Assembly (NCBI GenBank): GCA_965247095.1
Contig: OZ251997.1
Location: 2,176,001-2,240,000 of the forward strand
DNA length: 64,000 nucleotides
Source of the DNA: Candidatus Multivorans sp.
GTDB lineage: Bacteria; Acidobacteriota; Thermoanaerobaculia; Multivoradales; Multivoraceae
Reading direction: 5' to 3'
The position numbers and the translations under genes are program-made. The notes under the pieces are model-generated. The model was not told where the DNA came from. It did not search any database and saw only the letters and a list, made by a program, of their open reading frames with translations. Every line of letters begins with the position of its first letter. Positions within the stretch are counted from its first letter, which is position 1. Shown here piece after piece: positions 34,095 to 42,932 of this stretch.

Positions 34095-35752
34095 GCCTCC
34101 GGCGAGGCGAGTTCGCCCACCGCCCACTCACGCAGTCCGTTGTAGTCGGCCTTGCCATTCGCCGCCCGTCCCACGCTGTCTCGCACCAGGACACGCTTGG
34201 GCGCCTTGTAGGACGCCAGTTCCCGCTTCACCCAACCGATCACATCCGGCTCGCTGAACCGCTCCGGAGCGTCGAGTTCGACCACGGCCGTCACCGCCTG
34301 CCCGAAGCGCTCGTCCGGCACTCCGACACAGACCGCATCCCGCACCGAGGGGTGGGTCTTCAGCACCTCCTCGACCTCCTCCGGGAAGATCTTCTCGCCG
34401 CCGCTGTTGATGCACGCGGAACCGCGGCCGTAGAGCTTGAGCGAGCCGTCCTCTTCGACGGTCGCGTAGTCCCCGGCCATCGAGTAGCGCACGCCGTCGA
34501 CTTCGACGAACATGGCCGCCGTCTTCTCGGGGTCCTTGTAGTACCCGAGCGGGATATGCCCGGTGACGGCGATCCGGCCCAGGACCCCCGAACCCGGTTC
34601 GACTTTCCTGCCGTCGTCGTCGAGCACGCTGGCGTTGTCGCCGAGCACAAAGGACGCCGTCTCGCTGGCCTCGCCGGCGGTCGAGTCCGAACGCCCCATG
34701 CCGATCGACTCCGACGACCCGAGGCTGTCCGTCAGCACCGTCTCCGCCGGGCAGTAGCGCAGGAAGCTGCGCTTGACCTCGGCGCTCCACATGGCGCCGG
34801 AGGACACCACGACCTCGAGGCTCGAGAGATCGAAACGGCCGGGCTGCTCATCGAGCGCCAGGACCATCGGCCGGGCGAAGGCGTCGCCCACGATCGCCAT
34901 CGCGTTGATCCCCTCGGCGGTGATCGCCTCGAGAGTGGCCACCGCGTCGAAGCGGCGGTTGGCGAGGGTGACCACACAGCCGCCGTTCAGCATGCCGCCC
35001 AGCGCGGTGAGGAACCCCGTGCCGTGCATCAGGGGGCAGGCGGGCAGCGAAATGCGCCGCATCAGGAGTTCGTCGAACTGGGGTTTCAGGCCTTCGACGC
35101 CGCCCGACAGGTCGAAGGGGTCGAGGCGGCCGTCGTTGCTGATCTGCCACAGGTCGTCCAACCGCCACATGACGCCCTTCGGCATACCGGTCGTGCCGCC
35201 GGTGTACAGCAGCCACAGGTCGTCGCCGCTGCGCGGCCATGGGGCTTCGAAGGCCAGGGAGTCGCCGGCGGCCGGCGACTGCGCCGCCGCCTGCTCGTAG
35301 GGAATCGCCCACTCCGGACAGGGCCCCGAACCGTCGTCGACCCACAGCCAGGTGTGAATCGCCTGCATCCTGGCCCTCAAAGCCTCGATCCGCGAGGCGA
35401 AACAGCCGTGGAAGACGACCGCCACCACATCCGCGTTGTCCCAGAGATAGAGCAGTTCGCCCTCAACGTAGCGGTAGTTCGTGTTGACCGGCACCAGGGA
35501 GGCCTTGAAGCAGGCCAGCGCCGACTCCAGGTACTCGGGCACGTTGTAAAGGTACTGCGCCACCTTGTCCTGGCGCTTGACGCCGCGCTCGATCAGCGTC
35601 GCCGCCACGCCGTTCGCGCGCCGATGCATTTCGGCCCGCGAGTAGCGGCGGCTCGGGCCGCCGCCCAGGGGATCGATGAAGGCTTGCGCCGGGGCCTCCG
35701 GCTGGTGCTCAGCGATCGCTTCGAGAATGTCCGCGTGATGCCAGTCGCTCAT
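34091..35752 (-). CDS. Acyl-CoA synthetase (FadD19-like AMP-binding enzyme)
   Basis: YTGGTTGMPKG, PLMHGTG, GRGSACINSGGEKIFPEEVE and GKADY. Confidence 0.92.
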   Translation of the reverse strand: MSDWHHADILEAIAEHQPEAPAQAFIDPLGGGPSRRYSRAEMHRRANGVAATLIERGVKRQDKVAQYLYNVPEYLESALACFKASLVPVNTNYRYVEGELLYLWDNADVVAVVFHGCFASRIEALRARMQAIHTWLWVDDGSGPCPEWAIPYEQAAAQSPAAGDSLAFEAPWPRSGDDLWLLYTGGTTGMPKGVMWRLDDLWQISNDGRLDPFDLSGGVEGLKPQFDELLMRRISLPACPLMHGTGFLTALGGMLNGGCVVTLANRRFDAVATLEAITAEGINAMAIVGDAFARPMVLALDEQPGRFDLSSLEVVVSSGAMWSAEVKRSFLRYCPAETVLTDSLGSSESIGMGRSDSTAGEASETASFVLGDNASVLDDDGRKVEPGSGVLGRIAVTGHIPLGYYKDPEKTAAMFVEVDGVRYSMAGDYATVEEDGSLKLYGRGSACINSGGEKIFPEEVEEVLKTHPSVRDAVCVGVPDERFGQAVTAVVELDAPERFSEPDVIGWVKRELASYKAPKRVLVRDSVGRAANGKADYNGLREWAVGELASPEA

Positions 35753-36084
35753 GGGCGAAGGAATCTAGCACTCGCGCCCTCATCGGCCGAAACGACTTGC
35801 TCCTGTAGCCGACAACCACGTCAACGTCGCTTCGGCAGCCCCGCGTCTGGCCTTGTCAGCGATCTCTCGTCTTCCTTCGCCCTGAGGCTCCCTCCCACCA
35901 GAGTCTCCCGAACCCAGAACCCCCGCAAAACTACGGGCCTCCTAGTGTCGGGTACCGACTCGCGGGCCCTTCCTACCCCCGCTCTCGTCTCAGCCCTGGC
36001 GCCGCTCGAACATGGCGTCGCTGAACGACGGGCAGGGTCCATGCAAACGGCCAACAACTCCGGCGAGTCGGAAGGAAAGCGACA

Positions 36085-37260
36085 ATGCGTGCCCAAGAAA
36101 CGAAAGAAAGAAAGCGAAACCGATCGAAGTCCAGCCTTGGGCGGCCAACCTGTCTAGCGACCCTGCCTGCGCTAGTGGCCTTGGCGGTTTCGGCCCCTCT
36201 CGCCGCGCAGCAGGGGCGGGATCTGTTGGCTTGGGAAGAACCGCTCCAGATCCGCGGCGAGCAGGTCTTCGTCAAGGAGGCCGTCGGCGCCGTGGCCGTC
36301 TATGAGGTCGGCGACCTCTCGTCCGTCCATGCGACGGCGTCCGAACCCACCGGGGTCGCTTCTGCCGCCACCACGGAGTACAAGTACGACGATGGTACAC
36401 CGGAGTCGTTCACTCGCATCACGAATGCTCATGAACAGGAGTACGCACAGCGATTCCGATTGCCTCGTGCCGGTACCGTCACTTCTGGGACGGTGTCTTT
36501 CGTCCTGACGTTTTACCGCAACTCCGGTGGGCGACCAGGAAGTCAGTTGGCATCGTACTCGGCGACGGCTTCTGGCCTGACCAGAGGCAGTGGGACCTGC
36601 GTATCGGTCGACAGAGGCGACATCACCCGGCAGCGGCTTGCCAGCGGCGATACATGGCTGACCGTCCGGTGGACGAACTCAAGCGGCAAGTTCTTCGCCG
36701 AGGATCGCAACGGACCAGGCGGCACGAGCAACTTCTGGCGGGCCCGATCCTCATCAGGAAGTAGCTGGGGTTCATGAAACGCCGAGACGGTAGCTACGGC
36801 GTACTTCATCCGCCTGGGGGTGGACCACGGCGGAAGCACGCCCGACCCAGACCCGGACCCGGACCCGGATCCGGACCCGGAGCCGCCTCCAATCACCGGC
36901 TGCACTCCAACGACGACGGCGCTCCAGTTCGACGGCGGCTACAAAGTCAGCATGTGCTACCGCACGCCCGCGGGAGAAGAAGGTCAGGCCAAGTCCGGCG
37001 TCTGGGCCTCCGGCCAGTCCGGCATCCTGTGGTTCTTCAACCGGGACAACGCAGAGGTTCTGGTGAAGGTGCTCGACGGCTGTGCCCACAACGGCTACCG
37101 CTGGGTCTTCGTGGCGCCGGTCACAACTGTGGAGTTCAACCTCTGGGTAACGGGTCCGAACGGCGACCGCTGGACCCATAGCAACCAGCAGAATGTGACG
37201 GCGGCAACCAAGAGCGATACGTCGGCATTCAAGTGCGCCGACGAACCCGATGGAGGGTAG
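36085..37260 (+). pseudogene. Secreted protein (YDDG-type beta domain + (PD)n linker + shared four-Cys domain) interrupted by an in-frame TGA at 36775-36777
   Basis: ORFs 36085..36777 and 36820..37260 are in the same frame. The junction reads SSWGS*NAETVATAYFIRLGVDHGGSTPDPDP. Confidence 0.75.
36841..36882 (+). repeat. (Pro-Asp)n linker hexamer repeat
   Basis: Tandem CCGGAC/CCGGAT units. Confidence 0.9.
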
Positions 37261-37288
37261 AAGGGTGACGGCGGGTACTTGGGTGGAG

Positions 37289-37355
37289 ACCCGCAGGTGA
37301 AACCGGAGGCGGGCCCTCCGCTGCTGGCGGAGGGAAACCGTGTCCGGTTGCGGGT
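37289..37355 (+). other. Nested intergenic inverted repeats (possible structured RNA leader or terminator)
   Basis: ACCCGC/GCGGGT, AACCGGA/TCCGGTT and CCCTCCGC/GCGGAGGG nest around a TGCTG loop. Confidence 0.5.
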
Positions 37356-37381
37356 AGGACAACGCCGCTAGGACGGCGAAC

Positions 37382-40300
37382 GTGAGATCGAAAAACCGCA
37401 GCACTGCGCGTTTTGTCGGAATGGTGGCCATGCTGGCGTTCGCCGGCGCCTCACTTGCGCGTGCCGAGACCGTCTTGAGCAGCGGTGAATACAGCGACTG
37501 CACGCCGAGCGCGGCGGCGTTGGTGTTCGATGGCGGCTACAGCGTGAGTCTTTGCTATGAAACGCCGGAAGGGCTTGTAGGCGAGGGTCGGGCCGGGATC
37601 TGGGCATCGGGCGAGTCGGGGCTGATGTGGTTCTTCAGTCGCGAGAACGCGGAGATGCTGGTCAAAGTGCTCAACGGCTGCGCCCACAACGGCTACCGTT
37701 GGGTGTTCGTGGCGCCCGTAACCGATGTGGCGTTCAACCTGCAGGTCACGAGCAGCCGCGGCAACCGTTGGCTCCACCGGAACAGACTGGGTGACACCGC
37801 GGCGACCAGCAGCGACATCACGGCGTTCGAATGTGAGACGAACGACGCGTACGGGGCGGATCTGACCGTCCGTTCGGTGTCGGTCCGCGACGCCGACCTC
37901 CGGCCGAGAGACTCCTTCACGCTGCGAGTGGTCATCGAGAATCGCGGCGCCAGCGAGGCACCCCCCACCACCCTCAGCTACTACAGTTCGCGGGATTCCA
38001 CGATCACCGTGAACGACCGAGCGGTCGGCACGGACTTGGTGAGGGGTCTCGCCGCGTCCGAGACAAGTACGAACTCGATCAGGTTGACGGCCCCGTCGAC
38101 CGCCGGTACCTACTACTACGGCGCCTGCGTCGACTCCGTGTCAGACGACGGGAACACCGCGAGCCACTGTTCTGACGCCGCCGCCGTCAAGGTGAGCGTT
38201 CCCGAGGCGCCGCCCGGGCTTGAGAGCGAAGTCGACATGGAGGTCGCCTCAGGCGATACGACCACCTGGTTCGTTGGGGTGGCGAACGCCGCCGGCGATC
38301 TGTACAGCTTCGGCTCATGGTCAGACCACGAAGACATCGCCGTCGTGGAGCAGGTGAGAGGTTCAAGATCGGAGCGATTGCTCCTTGTCACAGGAAAGAA
38401 GGCCGGAACGGCAACCATCACGGTTGTGGCCGCCAACAGCCGAGGCGAACCGTCGGGACTCTCGACCTTCGATGTGCGGGTCACGTCGCCCACTTCCGCG
38501 GCACCTGCTCTTGAGGTCGGGCGAGGCGACGACGCGCTCGATGTCGCGTTCCGCACCACGTTGCGGCCCTTGGAAACGCGGGCCTACGACTATCAGATTC
38601 GGCGGCGGAGACCCCAAACCGCATGGGCCGATGTGGGGTGTCAGCCGGTTCGCAACTCGTCGAACAGCGAAGCAACCGGTTCCGTCTCAACCGCGATCAG
38701 CGGGCTTCGGGCCGGTACAACCTACGAAGTGCGGTACCGATCCCGCCGCACCGCATCATGCGACACCGGTTCGCCCGACATCTGGTCGTCGGTGGGTACG
38801 GGCACGACGAGCGGCATCCCGATCAATGACCCGCCGACGTTCCCCGCCACCACTCCGGCGACCGTCTCGGTGAACGAGAACGCCGGCGAAGACATCAATG
38901 TAGGCCTCCCCGTCGCCGCCGTCGACCCCGACGGCGCCCGGGACATCCTCACCTACAGCTTGAAGGGACAGGACGCGGAGAGCTTTCGGGTCGTTCCCGA
39001 AACCGGGCAAATCCGCACCCGTAGCGGTCGCACCTACGACTTCGAGGCTCGGGACACCTACAACGTCACGGTGGAGGCGCGGGATGTGCATGACGAGACG
39101 GCGAGCTTCCCGGTCATGATCGAGATCCTGGACCTCGAGCAGGGTTGCTCCGCACCGCCGAGGCTACGCCTCAATCCCCAAGACCGGCTACTCGTCGTGC
39201 GATGGGATCCACTGGAGGACGACGACGAAACAGCCCCGGTGCAGGGCTACGAGATCGAGGGGCGCACCGGCTCGAATGGCGCCTGGGGCAACCGTGTCGT
39301 CGTCAGGGGGCGGGAGAAGGACCTCGTGTACTTGTCCGGGCTTACGAACCTCCAACGCTATGACGTTCGAATCCGTCCCTTCGGCCCGGAGGGGGATTGC
39401 GATTGGTCCGCACCGGTGTCCGGAATTCCGCAAACGGATCGGTCGCCGCTGGACCGCGAGGACTTTCAGGATCGGCTAGGGCCCGGCGGCAGGCTCAGCG
39501 ACCGGCGTTTCCTGGCAACCGGCAGGTTCAGCGAAGAGACAGACGGCCGGCGTGTCCACGGCAGCTACCACTACGAGAAGACCGGTCCCGACCGGAGCCT
39601 GATTACCCTCGAGTACGACGAGATCGGCCGCTCCGGCTGTTCGCTCTCCCTCTTGTTCTCCTCGCTTACCGCCGGTTCGTTCCTGGACGAATGCAAGGGC
39701 GCCGGTGTGAATACCGGCTTCGACCTCGAGGAGCCGCCACCGGAACCGGAGAATCTCGCACCGCGGAACCAGACGGAGTTCGGGAAACTGGTCCAGGGCA
39801 AGCAGTTCCTACCCGGCCTTCAGATTGGCGGTCGGTATCGCAACCGTAGCGGTACGGTGTCCATCGCTCTTGGTACCGACGCGGTGGTGCATTCGAGACC
39901 CTCAGGTGATGAAGAACGCCCTGTGAGGTCTCGCTTCGGGGGCCATGAATACGAACGTGTCGGCGCCAACACGGCTCGACTCGTCCTGTGCTTCGGACGT
40001 TTTGGATCGTGTAGCCCGGAATTGGACGAGCGGTGGATCTTCGATCTCGAGTTCATCTCCAGCGACGCAGCGAAATACACCGTCACGATTCACCGTAAGG
40101 GTCATGCGCCGCTCACGTTGGACGGGTTCATCGACTTCGGGAGCGGTGACTACCTCAGCAACTTCCCTCCGGAACTCGTACCGCCCGGCCACCCGCCCCA
40201 GGCTGCCGGCCGAGATCTGTTGGGTGTCGACGCCGCGACCGGTTCGACCTCACTGAGCATCGGCGCGGACTCGTTTCAGACCATTCTGCTGCGCGGCGAC

Positions 40301-40843
40301 GGAATCCAGGACATCGCGTACAGCCCCGGCGACTGGCTGGAGCCGAAGGATGGCGGCAATCAGCGGATGATGATCGTCGGGTCGGGCCCGGCGGCAGCGA
40401 AGTTCGCCGCCGCCAGCGGCGACAGAGCGCCAGGCCACGACGCAGTCGGGCCCGTCTTCGTTTCCAACGAGCAAGCGAATGTGACCGCACTGACAGTCGT
40501 CTGCATGCAGTTCGGAAGGGGAATCCCCATTCGCGGATCGAGGTACTTCTCGCAGCCAAAGGCGCCCAGTGGGGCCGTTCGAGCCTGCCAGCGCGACTGC
40601 GTTCGACGGGGTCTTGACCGCGTACAGGCCTGCGTATGGACCTGCGAGACGACCAACGCCGCATCGGCGGCGCCGGCTCTGAAGACCTCCGGTGGCGGAG
40701 TGCTGCCGCTTCAGCCACTACGCAAGGGCATCGAGTCGTTTGAGAACCTCGCCAGAGGAAAGCTGGCCGAGGCAGGCAGGGTGGAACCGCTGCCGGCGCC
40801 AGCCCCTTCGAGATTCCGCGCCGATCCGAGACGCAGGCATTGA
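37382..40843 (+). CDS. Large secreted multidomain protein: N-terminal shared four-Cys domain, CARDB, Ig-like, FN3, cadherin, FN3, unknown Cys-rich C-terminus
   Basis: Signal peptide; CARDB (DLTV..TAPSTAGTYYYGACVD); FN3 (GLRAGTTYEVRYR, GLTNLQRYDVRIR); cadherin (NDPPTF..SVNEN..DPDG..YDFE). Confidence 0.8.
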   Translation: MRSKNRSTARFVGMVAMLAFAGASLARAETVLSSGEYSDCTPSAAALVFDGGYSVSLCYETPEGLVGEGRAGIWASGESGLMWFFSRENAEMLVKVLNGCAHNGYRWVFVAPVTDVAFNLQVTSSRGNRWLHRNRLGDTAATSSDITAFECETNDAYGADLTVRSVSVRDADLRPRDSFTLRVVIENRGASEAPPTTLSYYSSRDSTITVNDRAVGTDLVRGLAASETSTNSIRLTAPSTAGTYYYGACVDSVSDDGNTASHCSDAAAVKVSVPEAPPGLESEVDMEVASGDTTTWFVGVANAAGDLYSFGSWSDHEDIAVVEQVRGSRSERLLLVTGKKAGTATITVVAANSRGEPSGLSTFDVRVTSPTSAAPALEVGRGDDALDVAFRTTLRPLETRAYDYQIRRRRPQTAWADVGCQPVRNSSNSEATGSVSTAISGLRAGTTYEVRYRSRRTASCDTGSPDIWSSVGTGTTSGIPINDPPTFPATTPATVSVNENAGEDINVGLPVAAVDPDGARDILTYSLKGQDAESFRVVPETGQIRTRSGRTYDFEARDTYNVTVEARDVHDETASFPVMIEILDLEQGCSAPPRLRLNPQDRLLVVRWDPLEDDDETAPVQGYEIEGRTGSNGAWGNRVVVRGREKDLVYLSGLTNLQRYDVRIRPFGPEGDCDWSAPVSGIPQTDRSPLDREDFQDRLGPGGRLSDRRFLATGRFSEETDGRRVHGSYHYEKTGPDRSLITLEYDEIGRSGCSLSLLFSSLTAGSFLDECKGAGVNTGFDLEEPPPEPENLAPRNQTEFGKLVQGKQFLPGLQIGGRYRNRSGTVSIALGTDAVVHSRPSGDEERPVRSRFGGHEYERVGANTARLVLCFGRFGSCSPELDERWIFDLEFISSDAAKYTVTIHRKGHAPLTLDGFIDFGSGDYLSNFPPELVPPGHPPQAAGRDLLGVDAATGSTSLSIGADSFQTILLRGDGIQDIAYSPGDWLEPKDGGNQRMMIVGSGPAAAKFAAASGDRAPGHDAVGPVFVSNEQANVTALTVVCMQFGRGIPIRGSRYFSQPKAPSGAVRACQRDCVRRGLDRVQACVWTCETTNAASAAPALKTSGGGVLPLQPLRKGIESFENLARGKLAEAGRVEPLPAPAPSRFRADPRRRH

Positions 40844-40975
40844 ACCTTCGTCTGATCGCGCCGGCCTGATCGCCTACCATCGTAGGGATCAACATCGGGT
40901 CTCAAGAAGAGCGGCCCGGTCCCGACAATGAGGCCCCATACTGGAAGCTGGGCCATGAAGAAGGAGGTTCTGGCC

Positions 40976-42883
40976 ATGGAAAGTCCCTTCGTATCGATCC
41001 GAGGTGCGCGGAGGAGTCTCGCGGCGTCGTCGCGCACTCTCTCGACGGTTGCATTCCTGCTGGTGGCGGCACTGCCAGCCTCGGCGCAGAAGAACAACGT
41101 CATCCTGTTCGTTGGCGACGGCATGGGGGTGTCGACTGTCACCTCCACTCGCATTGCGACGGTTGGCGTCGACGGGGAGCTGGCTCTTGACCGCATGCCG
41201 TACACCGCCATCTCACGGACCGCGTCGGCCGACTACATCACCCCCGACAGCGCGGCCACGATGTCGGCGATGATGACCGGCGTCAACACGAATTCGGGCG
41301 TGATCGGCTACGGCGCAACCACCGAGTACGGTGACTTCAACGGCAATGGCAACGGCCAGCGATTGACCAACATCGGCGAGTTGGCCACAGCCCGCGGCTA
41401 CGCGGTCGGGATCGTCACGACGACGCGCGTCACCCACGCGACGCCGGCGGCCGTGTTCGCACATGTAAACGACCGCAACCTGGAGAATGAGATCGCCGCG
41501 CAGATGGTGCCGGGCGGAGGGGGCTACAACGACAGACTCGGCCAGGGGCTCCACGTCATCTTCGGAGGCGGCAGGCGGCACTTCCTCCCCACCTCGGCGA
41601 CCGACGAGGAGGGGAGCCCGGGAAGTCGAGCGGACGGCCGCGACCTGCGAAACGAGCTGCAGCAACGGGGTTACACCTACGCCTGGAACCGTCAGGGGCT
41701 CAACGCGCTGGGCGGTTCCGGACGCGCGGTCGGTCTGTTCGCCTCGAGTCATCTGGCGTACGAAGCGGACCGGAACAGCGACCAGCCGAGCCTGGAGGAG
41801 ATGACGAGGAAGGCGATCCAGATTCTGGGCGCAACGGGAAAGCCGTACTTCCTGATGGTCGAGGCGGGCCGAATCGACCACGCACACCACGAAGGGAATG
41901 CCTTTCGCGCCTTCACCGACACCCGGATGTTCGATCGCGCGATCAACGCCGGACAGCGTAGCGTCAATCTCAACAGAACGCTGATCCTCGCGACGGCCGA
42001 CCACAGCCACGTCTTCACGATCGCCGGCTACCCGATGCGACCGCTCACCGATCTGAGCTACAACCCCCGCTCGGTGCCCGCGTCGTTCCGCAACCAGCCA
42101 CACAACGGCATCCTGGGGACGGTCCACGACATGGACAGCGGCGGGACGATCTCGGAGAGCGGAGACTCGGGGGGCATTCCCTACACGATCCTGGGCTACG
42201 CCAACGGGCCGGGACATCGGAGCGGTTCGCGCGTCAATCCGAACAGCGACAGGACGGCCGGCTACGGTGGCGCCGTTCCTTCGAGCAGCAGCGACTCGGC
42301 ATACCGGCAGGAGGCAACCGTCCCGCTGTTCTTAGAGACGCACGCCGGCGAAGACGTGATGATCTACGCGGTCGGCCGCACAGCGGAGAACGTGCGCGGC
42401 ACCGTGCCCAACACGAAGGTGTTCGACTGGATCAGAGACGGCTTCGCCGGGAGGGGCGGTACCCGCCCGCCTCAACCGGACCCGGACCCGGATCCGGACC
42501 CGGATCCGACCCCGGATCCGCCGTCTCAGTCCGAAGTCTGCACGCCGACTACCGCGGCGCTTCAGTTCGACGGCGGTTACGAGGTCAGCATGTGCTACCG
42601 GACCCCCAGCGGGGAGGAGGGTCAGGCCAAGGCCGGCGTCTGGGCATCCAGCCAGTCCGGCATCCTGTGGTTCTTCGACCGCGTCAACGCCGAGGTCCTC
42701 GTCAAGGTACTCGACGGCTGTGCGAACAACGGGCATCGCTGGATCTTCGTGGCGCCGGTGACCACACTGGAGTTCAACCTCTGGGTGACGGGTCCCGACG
42801 ACGGGCCGCCCTGGACGCATACGAACCGGCAGGGCGCAACCGCCGTCACGAAGAGCGACCTGATGGCGTTCCCCTGCCAATAG
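40976..42883 (+). CDS. phoA: Alkaline phosphatase (PhoA family) with (PD)n linker and C-terminal shared four-Cys domain
   Basis: NVILFVGDGMG, active site PDSAAT, THATPAA, VEAGRIDHAHH, TADHSH and ETHAGEDV. AAGGAGG RBS before ATG 40976. Confidence 0.9.
   Translation: MESPFVSIRGARRSLAASSRTLSTVAFLLVAALPASAQKNNVILFVGDGMGVSTVTSTRIATVGVDGELALDRMPYTAISRTASADYITPDSAATMSAMMTGVNTNSGVIGYGATTEYGDFNGNGNGQRLTNIGELATARGYAVGIVTTTRVTHATPAAVFAHVNDRNLENEIAAQMVPGGGGYNDRLGQGLHVIFGGGRRHFLPTSATDEEGSPGSRADGRDLRNELQQRGYTYAWNRQGLNALGGSGRAVGLFASSHLAYEADRNSDQPSLEEMTRKAIQILGATGKPYFLMVEAGRIDHAHHEGNAFRAFTDTRMFDRAINAGQRSVNLNRTLILATADHSHVFTIAGYPMRPLTDLSYNPRSVPASFRNQPHNGILGTVHDMDSGGTISESGDSGGIPYTILGYANGPGHRSGSRVNPNSDRTAGYGGAVPSSSSDSAYRQEATVPLFLETHAGEDVMIYAVGRTAENVRGTVPNTKVFDWIRDGFAGRGGTRPPQPDPDPDPDPDPTPDPPSQSEVCTPTTAALQFDGGYEVSMCYRTPSGEEGQAKAGVWASSQSGILWFFDRVNAEVLVKVLDGCANNGHRWIFVAPVTTLEFNLWVTGPDDGPPWTHTNRQGATAVTKSDLMAFPCQ
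42476..42520 (+). repeat. (Pro-Asp)n linker hexamer repeat
   Basis: Tandem CCGGAC/CCGGAT units, as at 36841. Confidence 0.9.
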
Positions 42884-42886
42884 GAG

Positions 42887-42920
42887 CTGGGTGCGCCGGT
42901 CTCTGGTCGTTCCGCCGCGC
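42887..42920 (+). repeat. REP-like dispersed repeat (family 2), shorter copy
   Basis: CTGGGTGCGCC-GGT-CTCTGGTCGTTCCGCCGCGC aligns with 54355-54400 minus 12 nt. Confidence 0.6.
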
Positions 42921-42932
42921 CGCGAGCAACGC

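Noticed and set aside
35915-35965. GCAAAACTACGGGCCT...GGTACCGA resembling the 3' half of a c-di-GMP-I riboswitch
   Set aside because: The required upstream GGCAAA-stem-GAAA hairpin is absent. An Rfam scan would settle it.
36775-36777. Selenocysteine or alternative genetic code at the in-frame TGA
   Set aside because: Context suggests Trp rather than Cys, the protein is not redox-like, and TGA is a normal stop for many genes here.
36841-36882. Short tandem repeats (also 42476-42520 and 30413-30522) as a possible CRISPR array or contingency locus
   Set aside because: They are in-frame coding repeats for Pro-rich linkers, with no spacers and no cas genes.
37285-37335. Cobalamin riboswitch-like words (GGTGAAA...CCCTCCGCTGCTG), tempting given nearby icmF
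   Set aside because: No AGGGAA motif or B12 box, and the downstream gene is unrelated.
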